A stretch of 64,000 bases of DNA, taken from positions 9,574 to 73,573 of the forward strand of contig JAZOWX010000065.1 of assembly GCA_045659405.1 (NCBI GenBank), read 5' to 3'. This document shows, piece by piece, positions 19,301 to 27,806 of the stretch. The DNA comes from Eubacteriales bacterium. GTDB taxonomy: Bacteria; Bacillota; Clostridia; Oscillospirales; CAG-272. Within the stretch, counting starts at the first letter, position 1. Each line of letters opens with the position of its first letter. Made by a program: the position numbers and the translations under genes. The notes below the pieces were generated by a model. It ran no database searches. It worked only from the letters and a program-made list of their open reading frames with translations, and had not been told where the DNA came from.

Positions 19301-20951
19301 CGATATAAAGAACGACGTAGGATATATCTCCGAGGCTGTAACGCTTCTTGACAGCGAGGGTCTTCTCGGTGATGGCAGCGAAGAGAATATTGACGAGCTC
19401 GAAGCTATCTTTGGCCGTGAGGGCGAGGAAGACAGCCTTCTCGTTCAGATTATCGAAATCTTCGAGGGTACACGTTACGACGATGAGCTTACAGCTGCTC
19501 TTACCGAAACTATTTCCGACGAGCTTGACGCAGGCTCCGACCCCACAATGGCGGTTATCACAAAGGCAATGTTCAACCTTCTTCACGGTGCGGATAACCT
19601 CACCGACGTAAAGGCAGACATCAACGCACTCGGTGACGTTATCGTACTCCTTGAGGTTAGCGGTGACGGCGATATGCTCGCACTTCTTACCAAGGACGGT
19701 GACGGTAATACACCTATCAACAAGGCAATCGACGAGTTCACCACCGATGACCTTCAGAGCTTCCTTCTTGAGGTTGTAACAGGCCTTTCGGGCGGTGTTG
19801 TAAACTACTATGACGGCGAAGCGGGCGACGACGATATCGAGATATCGCTTGGCGAGCTTGCAGAGCCTACACTCTCCTTCGTAATCGCAGCTATGGAGGT
19901 ATTCGCACAAATCGACACCGTTGATAAGCTTGACCGTGACGTTGTGACTATTTCCAATATTATCGAAATTCTTGATACCAACGGACTTATGTCTGACGAG
20001 GGTAACATCTCGGTTGACGTTGTAACGATCTTCACAGATCCCGCTGTAAATGCGGCAGCTAACGAAACCGTTATCGACCTTATCCTTGCAGAGTTTGAAG
20101 CAAACAGTGACCTCAACCCCGTGCTTCTTGCTCTTACACGCAGCTTGTCCGCGGATATCGACCTTATAAACGTTGGCGCTCCGTTTGATATGCTTGTTGC
20201 ATCGGTTGCAGACGTATTCGGCAGAAGCACCGCTGAAACCGTTGTTTATGACGTACAGACTGTTGCAGAGGTATTCGTAATACTCGTTGATGCAGGCGTG
20301 CTTGAAGAGAATGCAGATGCCGTTGGAATCCTTTCCGAAAAGGATGAGGGAACAGGCGAGACAATAGTTGACCGCATTGTTGCAACTCTTAAGACAAACG
20401 ATAACACCAAGCCCATAGTTACAGACTTCACCAAGATTTCGCTTTCGCTTATGATAAACGGCACTACCGGTGAGGGTGCTGAAGGCGGCGCAAGTGACTT
20501 CGAGGAAATCGAGGAAACCTACACCGAGGCAAAGGGTGAGCTTGATAACGTCGTTGCAGATAACGTAATCGTTACAGACGGCGGAACAAAGTACAGCGAG
20601 AAGACCGAAGAAGAAAAGCAGGAAGCTATTGAAAGCGTTTCCGGCGCTATTTCGGATGCTCTTGATAACACTCTTAAGGAAGAGGGCTCGACCGACGATA
20701 CGCCCGTAGTTGACGAAGAGGTTGCCAAGGGTATGGCTGAATTCGTTCTTGAAAACTTCGGTGACAAGACAATGGAAGATCTTGTTGAAGAGGGACTTTA
20801 TATAGAAGTAAAGGACGAAAACGGCGACGTTGTTACTGACACCGACGGAAACGTCAAGTATGAGATTTCGGACGAGGCTATTTCGGACGTTATTCTCAGC
20901 TACTACAATGCATGGCTTGCAGCTCAGCAGAATGCTGGAGCAGGCAACTGA
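16344..20951 (+). CDS. Giant (1535 aa) highly acidic repeat protein with an N-terminal multi-TM CvpA-like domain
   Basis: Single uninterrupted ORF. The first ~200 aa have four or five hydrophobic helices resembling the CvpA family. The rest is D/E-rich with about ten repeats of ~105 aa. It has its own promoter and a strong terminator. Confidence 0.85.
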   Translation: MDIISHVQEMLAKDTVTAYIALGIAGVCGVLMLLGALKGLSRGLTRQTVRFLTIIASIVISVLAATGITNALIGFFDGKTLQEALTELGAGEAFAEMDGLALAILNAIDPSAVQQILALPMTLIVAPIVFVLVFIFISAIMLIVHAIISGACGFTKKRNNWWTRLAGLALGAVQGLVVAAAILVPVSGLMGIVSDTVAQIERLDEQTVMASTENGGGDEDEGEFDVSEILAMYDEYLADVAESPALKLVNKFGGNLISKQLSTVKIGGQKQDARQTIPSLVGIAVDAMGLADIDITALTQDDKDTITGIIDKIMAEPLTRDIIVAGFKAAANAIGSNSELLEDVPAPFDEIVASAISVYGNSTAATVKSDLGTLCKVFFIVADSGILAETDELDPIALITAPDDENMIILVLNAFAENPNFNTIVLDAFDILADAIKNGEIEDLPEEINSFAFAINPVLDHFAEMTSLTGIVDDVKTMLAVMRDIAGTGIFEEDSEIAFEDFIFAEEGETPLIKTMLGRFVENEALDAMMMEIIAGAAEAIRNNEIEDLPEEMTEFGFVINPVLDHFADMSSISGIIADLDTIIAVMKDLDDAGMLDEDAEFDIEVFLLCEEGETPLINTILGRFAENAALDAMIMEIISGAAEAIEDGTLELPEESEEYAFLLNPVLAHFGDMESVDDVIADIDTVIEIYREIEESGITDDDFDEDELLNVLLLNEDCVIDAILDIVDENEALETLILEIITGAADEIVAGNLPLFEDSDMPEDIEDVLMEVIAVIAETDSITTLKGDIQVIQDVFALVGDIEFNEDTDYVELLFGAEEGEESVIIAALNKLAASRFDDAILGAIQAIASDPAFLEDADEATAEVIQPFLDVFTADEATLASITADIEVLQEVIILLNNSGAFEDGADALSILFVKEADEDETLILTVIGKLEATNFKDPLVNAYKSIATKDDNGNYLMLDGADALTASIVGPLLEEIARTASITDIKNDVGYISEAVTLLDSEGLLGDGSEENIDELEAIFGREGEEDSLLVQIIEIFEGTRYDDELTAALTETISDELDAGSDPTMAVITKAMFNLLHGADNLTDVKADINALGDVIVLLEVSGDGDMLALLTKDGDGNTPINKAIDEFTTDDLQSFLLEVVTGLSGGVVNYYDGEAGDDDIEISLGELAEPTLSFVIAAMEVFAQIDTVDKLDRDVVTISNIIEILDTNGLMSDEGNISVDVVTIFTDPAVNAAANETVIDLILAEFEANSDLNPVLLALTRSLSADIDLINVGAPFDMLVASVADVFGRSTAETVVYDVQTVAEVFVILVDAGVLEENADAVGILSEKDEGTGETIVDRIVATLKTNDNTKPIVTDFTKISLSLMINGTTGEGAEGGASDFEEIEETYTEAKGELDNVVADNVIVTDGGTKYSEKTEEEKQEAIESVSGAISDALDNTLKEEGSTDDTPVVDEEVAKGMAEFVLENFGDKTMEDLVEEGLYIEVKDENGDVVTDTDGNVKYEISDEAISDVILSYYNAWLAAQQNAGAGN
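17655..18599 (+). repeat. Three best-conserved 315-nt (105-codon) tandem units inside the giant gene
   Basis: Units start at 17655 (NGEIEDLPEE...), 17970 (NNEIEDLPEE...) and 18285 (DGTLELPEES...). All three share ..NPVLDHFA(E/D)M..., (A/C)EEGETPLI and ALDAM(M/I)MEII.GAAEAI strings. Confidence 0.85.
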
Positions 20952-20979
20952 TTCATAAGAATTAGTCTAAAAAACAATA

Positions 20980-21020
20980 CCCCCACGGGCAATAAAGCCC
21001 GTGGGGGATATTTTATTTTA
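20980..21020 (+). terminator. Intrinsic terminator of the giant gene
   Basis: CCCCCACGGGC-aataaa-GCCCGTGGGGG followed by a T-rich tract. Confidence 0.85.
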
Positions 21021-21054
21021 TATGAGATGTTGCAAAAAGCAATATGAAATGACT

Positions 21055-21119
21055 CCTCATCCGTCAGCCTACGGCTGCCACCTTCCCCCACAGGGGAAGG
21101 CGAAGTGCGGTGGATGAGG
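21055..21119 (-). other. 65-nt nested-palindrome element directly after the pheT stop
   Basis: Outer 8-bp stem CCTCATCC/GGATGAGG encloses two hairpins: CAGCC-tac-GGCTG and CCTTCCCC-caca-GGGGAAGG. It ends 6 nt from the pheT stop codon. Confidence 0.7.
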
Positions 21120-21124
21120 TGTAA

Positions 21125-23497
21125 TTAAACAACCATACCCAAGGTGGCAAGAGCTGCCGCTATTTTTTCGGTTACGGGAACAAGCTCTCCTTTGGAAAGC
21201 GTGCGGTCCTGCGCCTCAAAGGCGAAACGGAGCGTTATTGCATAGCCGTTTTCCTTTTCGTATACGTCCTGAAGATAGCATTCCTTAAGCATTCCGCCCG
21301 AAGCTTCCTCGGCAGCCGCTTTTGCGGCATCAAAGTCAAGGCGCTCTGTGCCTGTGTTAAAGGTCATATCTATCTCAACCCCGGGGAATTTGGACGGCTC
21401 GGCATAAACCGTTGTGCCTGCCGCTATCTTTGCAAATGCCTCGGTATCTATCTCGAAGAATGCGAGCGAGCATTTCTTGTCGATGTTATCGGATACTGTG
21501 GGGTGCGCTACCGAAAGATAACCGATAACGCTGTCGCAAACGCAAATATCAAAGGTGTTTTCGGGGTGGCAGTAGTCGGCATAATTTACAGCGGGCGCAA
21601 AGCTTACGTCCTTGTGAAGAATTTCCTCGACAAGGTCGCATACGGCATCTGTCGCCTTTGTAAAGAGCGCTTCCTCGCCAAGTACTCTTGTGAAGAGCAC
21701 AGCGCCAAGCTTCTTTCTTTCGGTGCAATAGTTTGCTCTTGCGGCATCAAGCTTTACGTCAACGGTATGTCCTATCTCAAAGATAGAGAAGCTGTCGGCA
21801 TAGCTCTTGTTATCAGCCGCATAGGAAAGAAGTGTCGGGAGCATCGTAGTTCTTATATAGGCGTTGTCGGGATTTGATGCGTTGATTATCTTAACGCTTT
21901 CCACGGTTTGTATACCAAGCTCACGGTTACGTGCCGCATCAGACCAAATGTAGGAGTGAACCTCGTGCATTGCGTGTTCTTTTACGAGAATATCTCTCAT
22001 TCTGTCCTCGTGCGATTTGAGCAGCTCCTTGCGTACGGGAAGAAGCGGACTTTCGGATGTGAATATCTCAAAGTTGTCGTAGCCGTAAATTCTTGTGATT
22101 TCCTCAATTATATCAGCCTTTATCGTAACGTCTTTAGTAGCACGCCAAGAGGGTACTGTAACTGTGAAATTATCACCGTCCTGCTTCACACCGAAGCCAA
22201 GGGCTGTAAGCGTTTTTACTATCTGCTCGACGGAGATATCAATACCTGTGTAGCGGTCAACGTATCTCTTGTCAAATTCGAGTACTATCGTCTCGTAATG
22301 CTTTACGTAAGAGTCGGTGAAGCTTGAAGTAATTCTGCAATCTGCATCATACTCCTTGAGCAGGTAAAGAAGTCGTGCTGTCGCAAGCGAGCAAAGCTCG
22401 GGGTCGAGCATCTTCTCATATCTCATCGAAGCATCTGTACGAAGTCCGAGTCTTGTCGTGGTTTTTCTTACCGAAATACCGTCAAAGGTCGCAGATTCAA
22501 GAAGAAGTGAGGTGGTTGTGTCCTCTATCTTTGATGCCTCGCCGCCCATAACGCCTGCTACGGCAACGGGCTTGTCGTCCGAGGTAATCATAAGCATATT
22601 TCCGTCGATATCACGGACTACACCGTCAAGTGTTTCGAATTTTGTACCCGCAGGGAATGTCTGAACCTCGATTTTGTCAACTACCGCATTGTCAAATGCG
22701 TGCATCGGCTGACCGAGCTCCATCATTACGTAGTTTGTAAGGTCGGCAAGGAAATTGATAGCACGGGAGCCGCAGTAGTAAAGGCGGATTCTCATATTTA
22801 CAGGGCTTACCTTGCGAAGAATGTTTTCAACCTTTATAGCCGAATAACGCCATACAAGCTCGGTTGCGCGTACGTCAATCGCAACGGCGGGAAGATTTGA
22901 ATATGCTGTGAGGTCGTCTGTTGCGGGGAGCTTAAGCTCTCTGCCTGTGAGGGTTGCAAACTCTCTTGCCATACCGTAGTGACTCCAAAGGTCGGGGCGG
23001 TTTGTAAGCGACTTGTTATCAACCTCAAAGATTATGTCGTCGATATCGTATATCGACTTGATATCAGCGCCAAGGGGCAGACTTGGGTCAAGCTCCCAGA
23101 TGCCCGAGTGGTCGTCGCTGATTCCAAGCTCTGCTTCGGAGCAGCACATACCGTAGGATGTAAAGCCTGCAATTGTCGCAGGAGCAATCGGGTGGCCGCA
23201 TACAGCGCCTCCCGCTGTCGCAAGAGCAACCTTGAGTCCGACTCTTACGTTGGGAGCGCCGCAGACAATGTCAACAATCTCGCTGCCCGTGTTTACCTTC
23301 AAGAGGTGAAGCTTTTTGGAGCTTGGGTGATTTTCAACCGAAACAATCTCGGCAACTATAACACCGTGCGTGTCCTCACCCTTGATTATTATATCCTCAA
23401 CCTCTGCTGTGGAGAGGGTGAAATTCTTTATAAGCTGTACCTTGTCAAATCCCGAAAGGTCAACAAAGTCGCCTATCCAATTCATTGATAAAAACAT
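21125..23497 (-). CDS. pheT: Phenylalanine--tRNA ligase beta subunit
   Basis: 790-aa ORF immediately downstream of pheS, with the N-terminal tRNA-binding, B3/4, B5 and C-terminal FDX-ACB layout. Confidence 0.95.
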   Translation of the reverse strand: MFLSMNWIGDFVDLSGFDKVQLIKNFTLSTAEVEDIIIKGEDTHGVIVAEIVSVENHPSSKKLHLLKVNTGSEIVDIVCGAPNVRVGLKVALATAGGAVCGHPIAPATIAGFTSYGMCCSEAELGISDDHSGIWELDPSLPLGADIKSIYDIDDIIFEVDNKSLTNRPDLWSHYGMAREFATLTGRELKLPATDDLTAYSNLPAVAIDVRATELVWRYSAIKVENILRKVSPVNMRIRLYYCGSRAINFLADLTNYVMMELGQPMHAFDNAVVDKIEVQTFPAGTKFETLDGVVRDIDGNMLMITSDDKPVAVAGVMGGEASKIEDTTTSLLLESATFDGISVRKTTTRLGLRTDASMRYEKMLDPELCSLATARLLYLLKEYDADCRITSSFTDSYVKHYETIVLEFDKRYVDRYTGIDISVEQIVKTLTALGFGVKQDGDNFTVTVPSWRATKDVTIKADIIEEITRIYGYDNFEIFTSESPLLPVRKELLKSHEDRMRDILVKEHAMHEVHSYIWSDAARNRELGIQTVESVKIINASNPDNAYIRTTMLPTLLSYAADNKSYADSFSIFEIGHTVDVKLDAARANYCTERKKLGAVLFTRVLGEEALFTKATDAVCDLVEEILHKDVSFAPAVNYADYCHPENTFDICVCDSVIGYLSVAHPTVSDNIDKKCSLAFFEIDTEAFAKIAAGTTVYAEPSKFPGVEIDMTFNTGTERLDFDAAKAAAEEASGGMLKECYLQDVYEKENGYAITLRFAFEAQDRTLSKGELVPVTEKIAAALATLGMVV

Positions 23498-23512
23498 CTT
23501 TTCCTGACCTCC

Positions 23513-24535
23513 TTATATAGATTTGAACTGCGAGAGCGCCTTGAGGTTACCGCTGTTGAAGTCACGGATATCCTTAACGCCGTATTTCATCATTGCAAGA
23601 CGGGTAAGACCGAGACCAAAGGCAAAGCCTGTATACTCCTCGGGGTCTATACCGCCCTCTCTCAAAACGTTGGGGTGTATCATACCGCAGGGGCAAAGCT
23701 CAAGCCAGCCCGAGTTTTTGCAGGACGGACATCCCTCTCCACCGCAGATAAGGCAGTTGATATCAAGCTCAAAGCCGGGCTCGACAAATGGGAAGAAGCC
23801 GGGGCGCAGACGCACCTTTATATCCCTCTTGAACACCTCGGAGAGCATTGTTTTCATAAAGTAAATGAGGTTTGAAATAGATATATCCTTGTCAATCATC
23901 ATACCCTCCATCTGGATGAAGGTATTCTCGTGACAGGCGTCGGTAGTCTCGTTTCTGAAGCATCTGCCGGGGAAAATCGCACGAAGCGGTGCGCCGTATT
24001 TCTTCATTATCGCATTCTGTGCGGCAGAGGTCTGCGTCTTAAGAAGCTGACCGTTTTCAAGATAATAGGTATCCTGCATATCACGTGCGGGGTGATGCTT
24101 GGGTATGTTGAGCGCCTCAAAGCACTCGTAATCGTCAACGATTTCGGCATAGTCCTCGATTGTGAAGCCCATGCTTACGAATATCTCCTCAACCTCTCTT
24201 GTCGCAAGAGTGATGGGGTGATACGAGCCAAGCTCACGGCGCCGTCTCATAGAGGGTGTGTATTTTTTTGCACTTCTTATCTTTGCTTCGATTTCGGCAT
24301 TCTTGATTGTGGCAAGAGCCGCATCAATGCCGCCCTCAATCTTGGTTTTCAGCTCGTTTATAAGCTGACCTGCCGCACGCTTGTCCGTAGCGTCGCGAAG
24401 TCCCTTCATAAGCTCGGCAATATGTCCCTTTTTGCCAAGGAAATCTATTCTGATTGCCTCTATATCCTCGGAGCTTTTTGCCTCGGCAACCCTGCTGTCA
24501 AAGAGTGTGCAGAGCTGTTCAATCTTTTCTTTCAT
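23513..24535 (-). CDS. pheS: Phenylalanine--tRNA ligase alpha subunit
   Basis: 340-aa ORF with class II motifs (HPARDMQDTYY, FPGRCFRNE, GFAFGLGLTRLAM). Confidence 0.96.
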   Translation of the reverse strand: MKEKIEQLCTLFDSRVAEAKSSEDIEAIRIDFLGKKGHIAELMKGLRDATDKRAAGQLINELKTKIEGGIDAALATIKNAEIEAKIRSAKKYTPSMRRRRELGSYHPITLATREVEEIFVSMGFTIEDYAEIVDDYECFEALNIPKHHPARDMQDTYYLENGQLLKTQTSAAQNAIMKKYGAPLRAIFPGRCFRNETTDACHENTFIQMEGMMIDKDISISNLIYFMKTMLSEVFKRDIKVRLRPGFFPFVEPGFELDINCLICGGEGCPSCKNSGWLELCPCGMIHPNVLREGGIDPEEYTGFAFGLGLTRLAMMKYGVKDIRDFNSGNLKALSQFKSI

Positions 24536-24631
24536 TTTCCTGACGTCCTTTCAGAATGAGATAGGTATATAGTATATCATATACCGCATATATCATACAA
24601 TAAAATATTTTAGTACAAAAAAGCCGTTTTG

Positions 24632-25096
24632 TCAATGCTTTTTTATAAACTCGATAACAGCCGAGGGTAAAATTTCGCACAGCTCCGCACTGCAATCAAT
24701 TTTCTCTCTTGCAAGTGTCGAGCTTATATTCGAAAAGTCCTCGCCTGACGGGATAAGCTCGGTTTCAAAGCCGCCCTCCTTGAGATTGTACTCTGCCTGG
24801 CGCTTTTCGTATTCGAGGTCGGTATCGTTTCTGTATCCCTTGACGATTTTTTCTATTCCGTGCAGACGCATATAATCAACCACCCGCCCGGGGTAGTAAT
24901 CCACGGTTACAGAGGGAATATCTTTTGTTGCGAGCCGCAGCATTTCCACACGCTCCGACGGGGTAAAGCGATAGTTTTTTTCGGGATTGATAAACACGGT
25001 GACGAAAAGCTCGTCATACTTTTGTGCGGCACGCTTTATGATTTCAAGATGCCCGAGTGTCACGGGGTCATAGCTGCCGGGAAGAATAACCTTCAT
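24632..25096 (-). CDS. coaD: Pantetheine-phosphate adenylyltransferase
   Basis: I prefer the start at MKVILPGSYDPVTLGH (25096) inside ORF 24632..25192. This carries the (T/H)xGH nucleotidyltransferase motif. Confidence 0.92.
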   Translation of the reverse strand: MKVILPGSYDPVTLGHLEIIKRAAQKYDELFVTVFINPEKNYRFTPSERVEMLRLATKDIPSVTVDYYPGRVVDYMRLHGIEKIVKGYRNDTDLEYEKRQAEYNLKEGGFETELIPSGEDFSNISSTLAREKIDCSAELCEILPSAVIEFIKKH

Positions 25097-25109
25097 AGCC
25101 GCTCTCCCA

Positions 25110-25679
25110 TCAGCGCCCTGCGTGATACAGCAGCACAGCGAGCGTTGTTTTTTTGCCGTAATGCGTGTGCTTAAGCACTTCGAAGGCGGCAAATTCCGGG
25201 CTCTCGAAATCTATATTTTCCTCGCCCATCTCAAGCACCAGCAGAGCGCCGTCGTTCAGCATATCCCCGTCAAGCAGTCTCACTACCGCATCAGCAGCGC
25301 ACATCATACCGTATGGCGGGTCAATAAAAACGAGGTCAAATCTCTCTTTCCCCGATGCCTTTCGGATATAGTTGCGGTAGTCTGTAACAAGGTAACGGCA
25401 CTTGTCGAAAAATCCGAGCGACTTTGCGTTTTCCTTGACTATATTCTCGGCATCACGTGACATATCGGTGAACATAACGCCCGAAGCTCCTCGTGAGAGG
25501 GCCTCAAGTCCGAGCTGTCCCGAGCCTGCGAAAAGGTCAAGCACACGTCTGCCCTCTATGTCAAACTGTATAGAGGAAAACATTGCCTCCTTTATCCTTT
25601 GCGAGGTTGGACGGGTGGCATCGCCCTCCAGCGTTTTCAGCCTCTTTCCCTTTGCTGTGCCGGTTATTATCTGAATCAT
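25110..25679 (-). CDS. rsmD: 16S rRNA (guanine966-N2)-methyltransferase
   Basis: 189-aa ORF with LDLFAGSGQLGLEALSRGA and DPPY motifs. The rsmD-coaD pairing is conserved. Confidence 0.9.
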   Translation of the reverse strand: MIQIITGTAKGKRLKTLEGDATRPTSQRIKEAMFSSIQFDIEGRRVLDLFAGSGQLGLEALSRGASGVMFTDMSRDAENIVKENAKSLGFFDKCRYLVTDYRNYIRKASGKERFDLVFIDPPYGMMCAADAVVRLLDGDMLNDGALLVLEMGEENIDFESPEFAAFEVLKHTHYGKKTTLAVLLYHAGR

Positions 25680-27514
25680 TTTCTGCGTCCTCCTGAAAGC
25701 TTCTTGAAATGCTCGTATATCCGTGTGGCATCGCCTTTGCCGATTCCCTTTATTTTCATAAGCTCGCTAACACTCGCAACTCGTATTTCGGAGAGCGACA
25801 TTGCCGAAAGCAACAGCTTTGCCTTGGCAGGGCCGATGCCCGAAATCTTTTCGAGCGAGGAATGAGTGAGCGTTTTTTTCTTCGCATCCTGCGAGTGCTT
25901 CACGGCAAATCTGTGCGCTTCTTCCTGCAAATTGTAAACAAAAGAGTACACGGAAGGCTCAATTGCTATGGAAATCTCACGTTCTCCGTCTGTCAGCGCA
26001 CGCGTTTTATGGAAGTCGTCCTTTACCATACCAAACACCGGGATATCAAGAGTTGCTCCGAGGAGCGCCTCCTTTGCCACGCCAACGTGTCCGACACCGC
26101 CGTCAACCAGAATGAGGCTCGGCTCGTCAGAGAGCGATGCTGTGCCGTCACCGATATGCGAAAGCCGACGTTCGAGTGCCTCACGCATTGAAGCGTAGTC
26201 GTCGGGCGCATCCGTGACGCTCTTGATGTTAAAGCTTCTGTAATCCGAGCGCTTTAGCTTTCCGTCTGCGTATACTACCATTGATGCTGTGATATGCTCA
26301 CGGCCTATGTTGGATATATCGTACGCTTCGATTCGCTTCGGTATTTCCGAAAGTCCGAGAAGCTCTGTAAGCTTTTTGAGACTTTTGTTCTCACGCTCCT
26401 CTGAAAGTCGGTGCTGTCTTTCGGCTTCCTTTGCGTTTGCAAGTGCCATATCGCACAGTCGTCTTGCATCTCCACGCTCGGGAATTTTTACGGCTACCTT
26501 GTACTTTTTGCCAAACGAAAGATATTCGGACAGAAGCGAAATCTCCTCCTCGGGAAGCGGGAAATCAAGCAGGATTTCGCGCGGAGTATCACCGTCGCTG
26601 TCGTAATAATCGGCAATGAGCGAAATTACGTCCTCTCCCGAAACCTCGCCGCCTGTCAGGGTGAATTCGTTTTTGTTTATGAGTGCGCCGCCACGGATTG
26701 TCAGCATTGCGAGAATGCTTTCGGCAGGTGAGGTGTACAGCGCAAATATATCACGGCTCACACGCTCGTCGGCTACGACCTTTTGCTTTTCCGAAAGCTG
26801 CTCGAGCGCCTTAATGCTGTCCCTGATTGCTGCGGCACGCTCGAATTCGAGGTTTTCTGCGGCTTCGTTCATATTCGATACCAGAAGCTCACGAGTGCCG
26901 GCTACGTTGCCTGACAGCACCCATTCTGCGCATTTTACGAGCGCACGGTATTCAGCGCCCGAAACCTTACCCGTGCAGGGCGCAATACAGCGGCCCATAT
27001 CCTTGTAAATACAAGGGCGCTCTCGCCCGATATCCTTTGGAAACGAGCGGCGGCAGGTGGGCAGGGTGAAAATCTTCATAACCACCTCCAGCGCTGTGTG
27101 CGCCTCGTCTGCGCTTCTGTAAGGGCCGAAATATCTGCCCTTATCCGACCTTCTGTCACGGGTAACGAAAAGCTTCGGAAAGTCCTCGGACGTAACCTTT
27201 ATATACGGATAGGATTTTGCATCCTTCAGTCTTACGTTGTATTTTGGAGTGTGCTTTTTGATAAGCACGTTTTCAAGCGTGAGCGCCTCGATTTCCGTGT
27301 CGCACACGATGTAATCAAAGTCGGCAACGTGGCTGACCATACGCTCGGTTTTCGGGGTGTGGTGCGTACCTGTAAAATAGCTTGTGACACGGTTTTTGAG
27401 CTTTTTAGACTTTCCGACGTAGATGATTTTTTCCTCGGCATCCTTCATAATGTATATGCCGGGGGACATAGGCAGGGAATTTGCCTTTTTACGCAATCTT
27501 TCTATTCGTGTCAC
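25676..27514 (-). CDS. uvrC: Excinuclease ABC subunit C
   Basis: 612-aa ORF with a GTG start and GGGGAGGTG upstream. GIY-YIG motif GIYIMKD...IIYVGKSKKLKNRV and a C-terminal (HhH)2. Confidence 0.96.
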   Translation of the reverse strand: MTRIERLRKKANSLPMSPGIYIMKDAEEKIIYVGKSKKLKNRVTSYFTGTHHTPKTERMVSHVADFDYIVCDTEIEALTLENVLIKKHTPKYNVRLKDAKSYPYIKVTSEDFPKLFVTRDRRSDKGRYFGPYRSADEAHTALEVVMKIFTLPTCRRSFPKDIGRERPCIYKDMGRCIAPCTGKVSGAEYRALVKCAEWVLSGNVAGTRELLVSNMNEAAENLEFERAAAIRDSIKALEQLSEKQKVVADERVSRDIFALYTSPAESILAMLTIRGGALINKNEFTLTGGEVSGEDVISLIADYYDSDGDTPREILLDFPLPEEEISLLSEYLSFGKKYKVAVKIPERGDARRLCDMALANAKEAERQHRLSEERENKSLKKLTELLGLSEIPKRIEAYDISNIGREHITASMVVYADGKLKRSDYRSFNIKSVTDAPDDYASMREALERRLSHIGDGTASLSDEPSLILVDGGVGHVGVAKEALLGATLDIPVFGMVKDDFHKTRALTDGEREISIAIEPSVYSFVYNLQEEAHRFAVKHSQDAKKKTLTHSSLEKISGIGPAKAKLLLSAMSLSEIRVASVSELMKIKGIGKGDATRIYEHFKKLSGGRRK

Positions 27515-27573
27515 CTTTGCACCTCCCCTTTTTAAAATGTTGTAAGAAATTTACCGATGCGCAGAAGATTTTA

Positions 27574-27700
27574 TCTGCAAATCTCGGCAGTTGAAAATAT
27601 CGGTAGTTTGAAATATCGGTAGTTGAAAATCTCGGCAGTTAAAAATCTCGCTGTTGAAAATCTCGGTAATTGAGAATATCGGTAGTTGAAAATCTCGGCA
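27574..27700. repeat. Tandem array of eight 16-bp units (consensus GTTGAAAATMTCGGYA)
   Basis: Head-to-tail copies with no spacers; one unit is 15 bp. The array lies 60 nt upstream of the uvrC start and downstream of the HPr terminator. Confidence 0.9.
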
Positions 27701-27761
27701 GGGCCCTGTATACGGATAAAATTAAGGAGTCCGAAAGCCGGCCCGACGCTTTTGTGGTAAA

Positions 27762-27793
27762 ACAAAAACGGCAGCTTCGTACTGCCGTTTTTT
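27762..27793 (-). terminator. Intrinsic terminator after the HPr gene
   Basis: AACGGCAG-cttcgta-CTGCCGTT flanked by A-run and T-run, so bidirectional. Confidence 0.8.
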
Positions 27794-27806
27794 GTCGTTA
27801 TAGGAT

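Noticed and set aside
24536-24631. Possible T-box leader upstream of pheS.
   Set aside because: Only 96 nt separate the pheS start from the coaD stop. That is too short for a T-box, and I saw no specifier-loop or T-box (AGGGTGGNACCGCG-like) sequence.
27571-27765. 64-aa ORF across the 16-bp tandem array; I also considered whether the array could be a CRISPR.
   Set aside because: The ORF is a translation of the repeat itself (AEIFNYRY... reiterated). The units abut directly with no spacers and are only 16 bp long, so it is not a CRISPR array. No cas genes are nearby.
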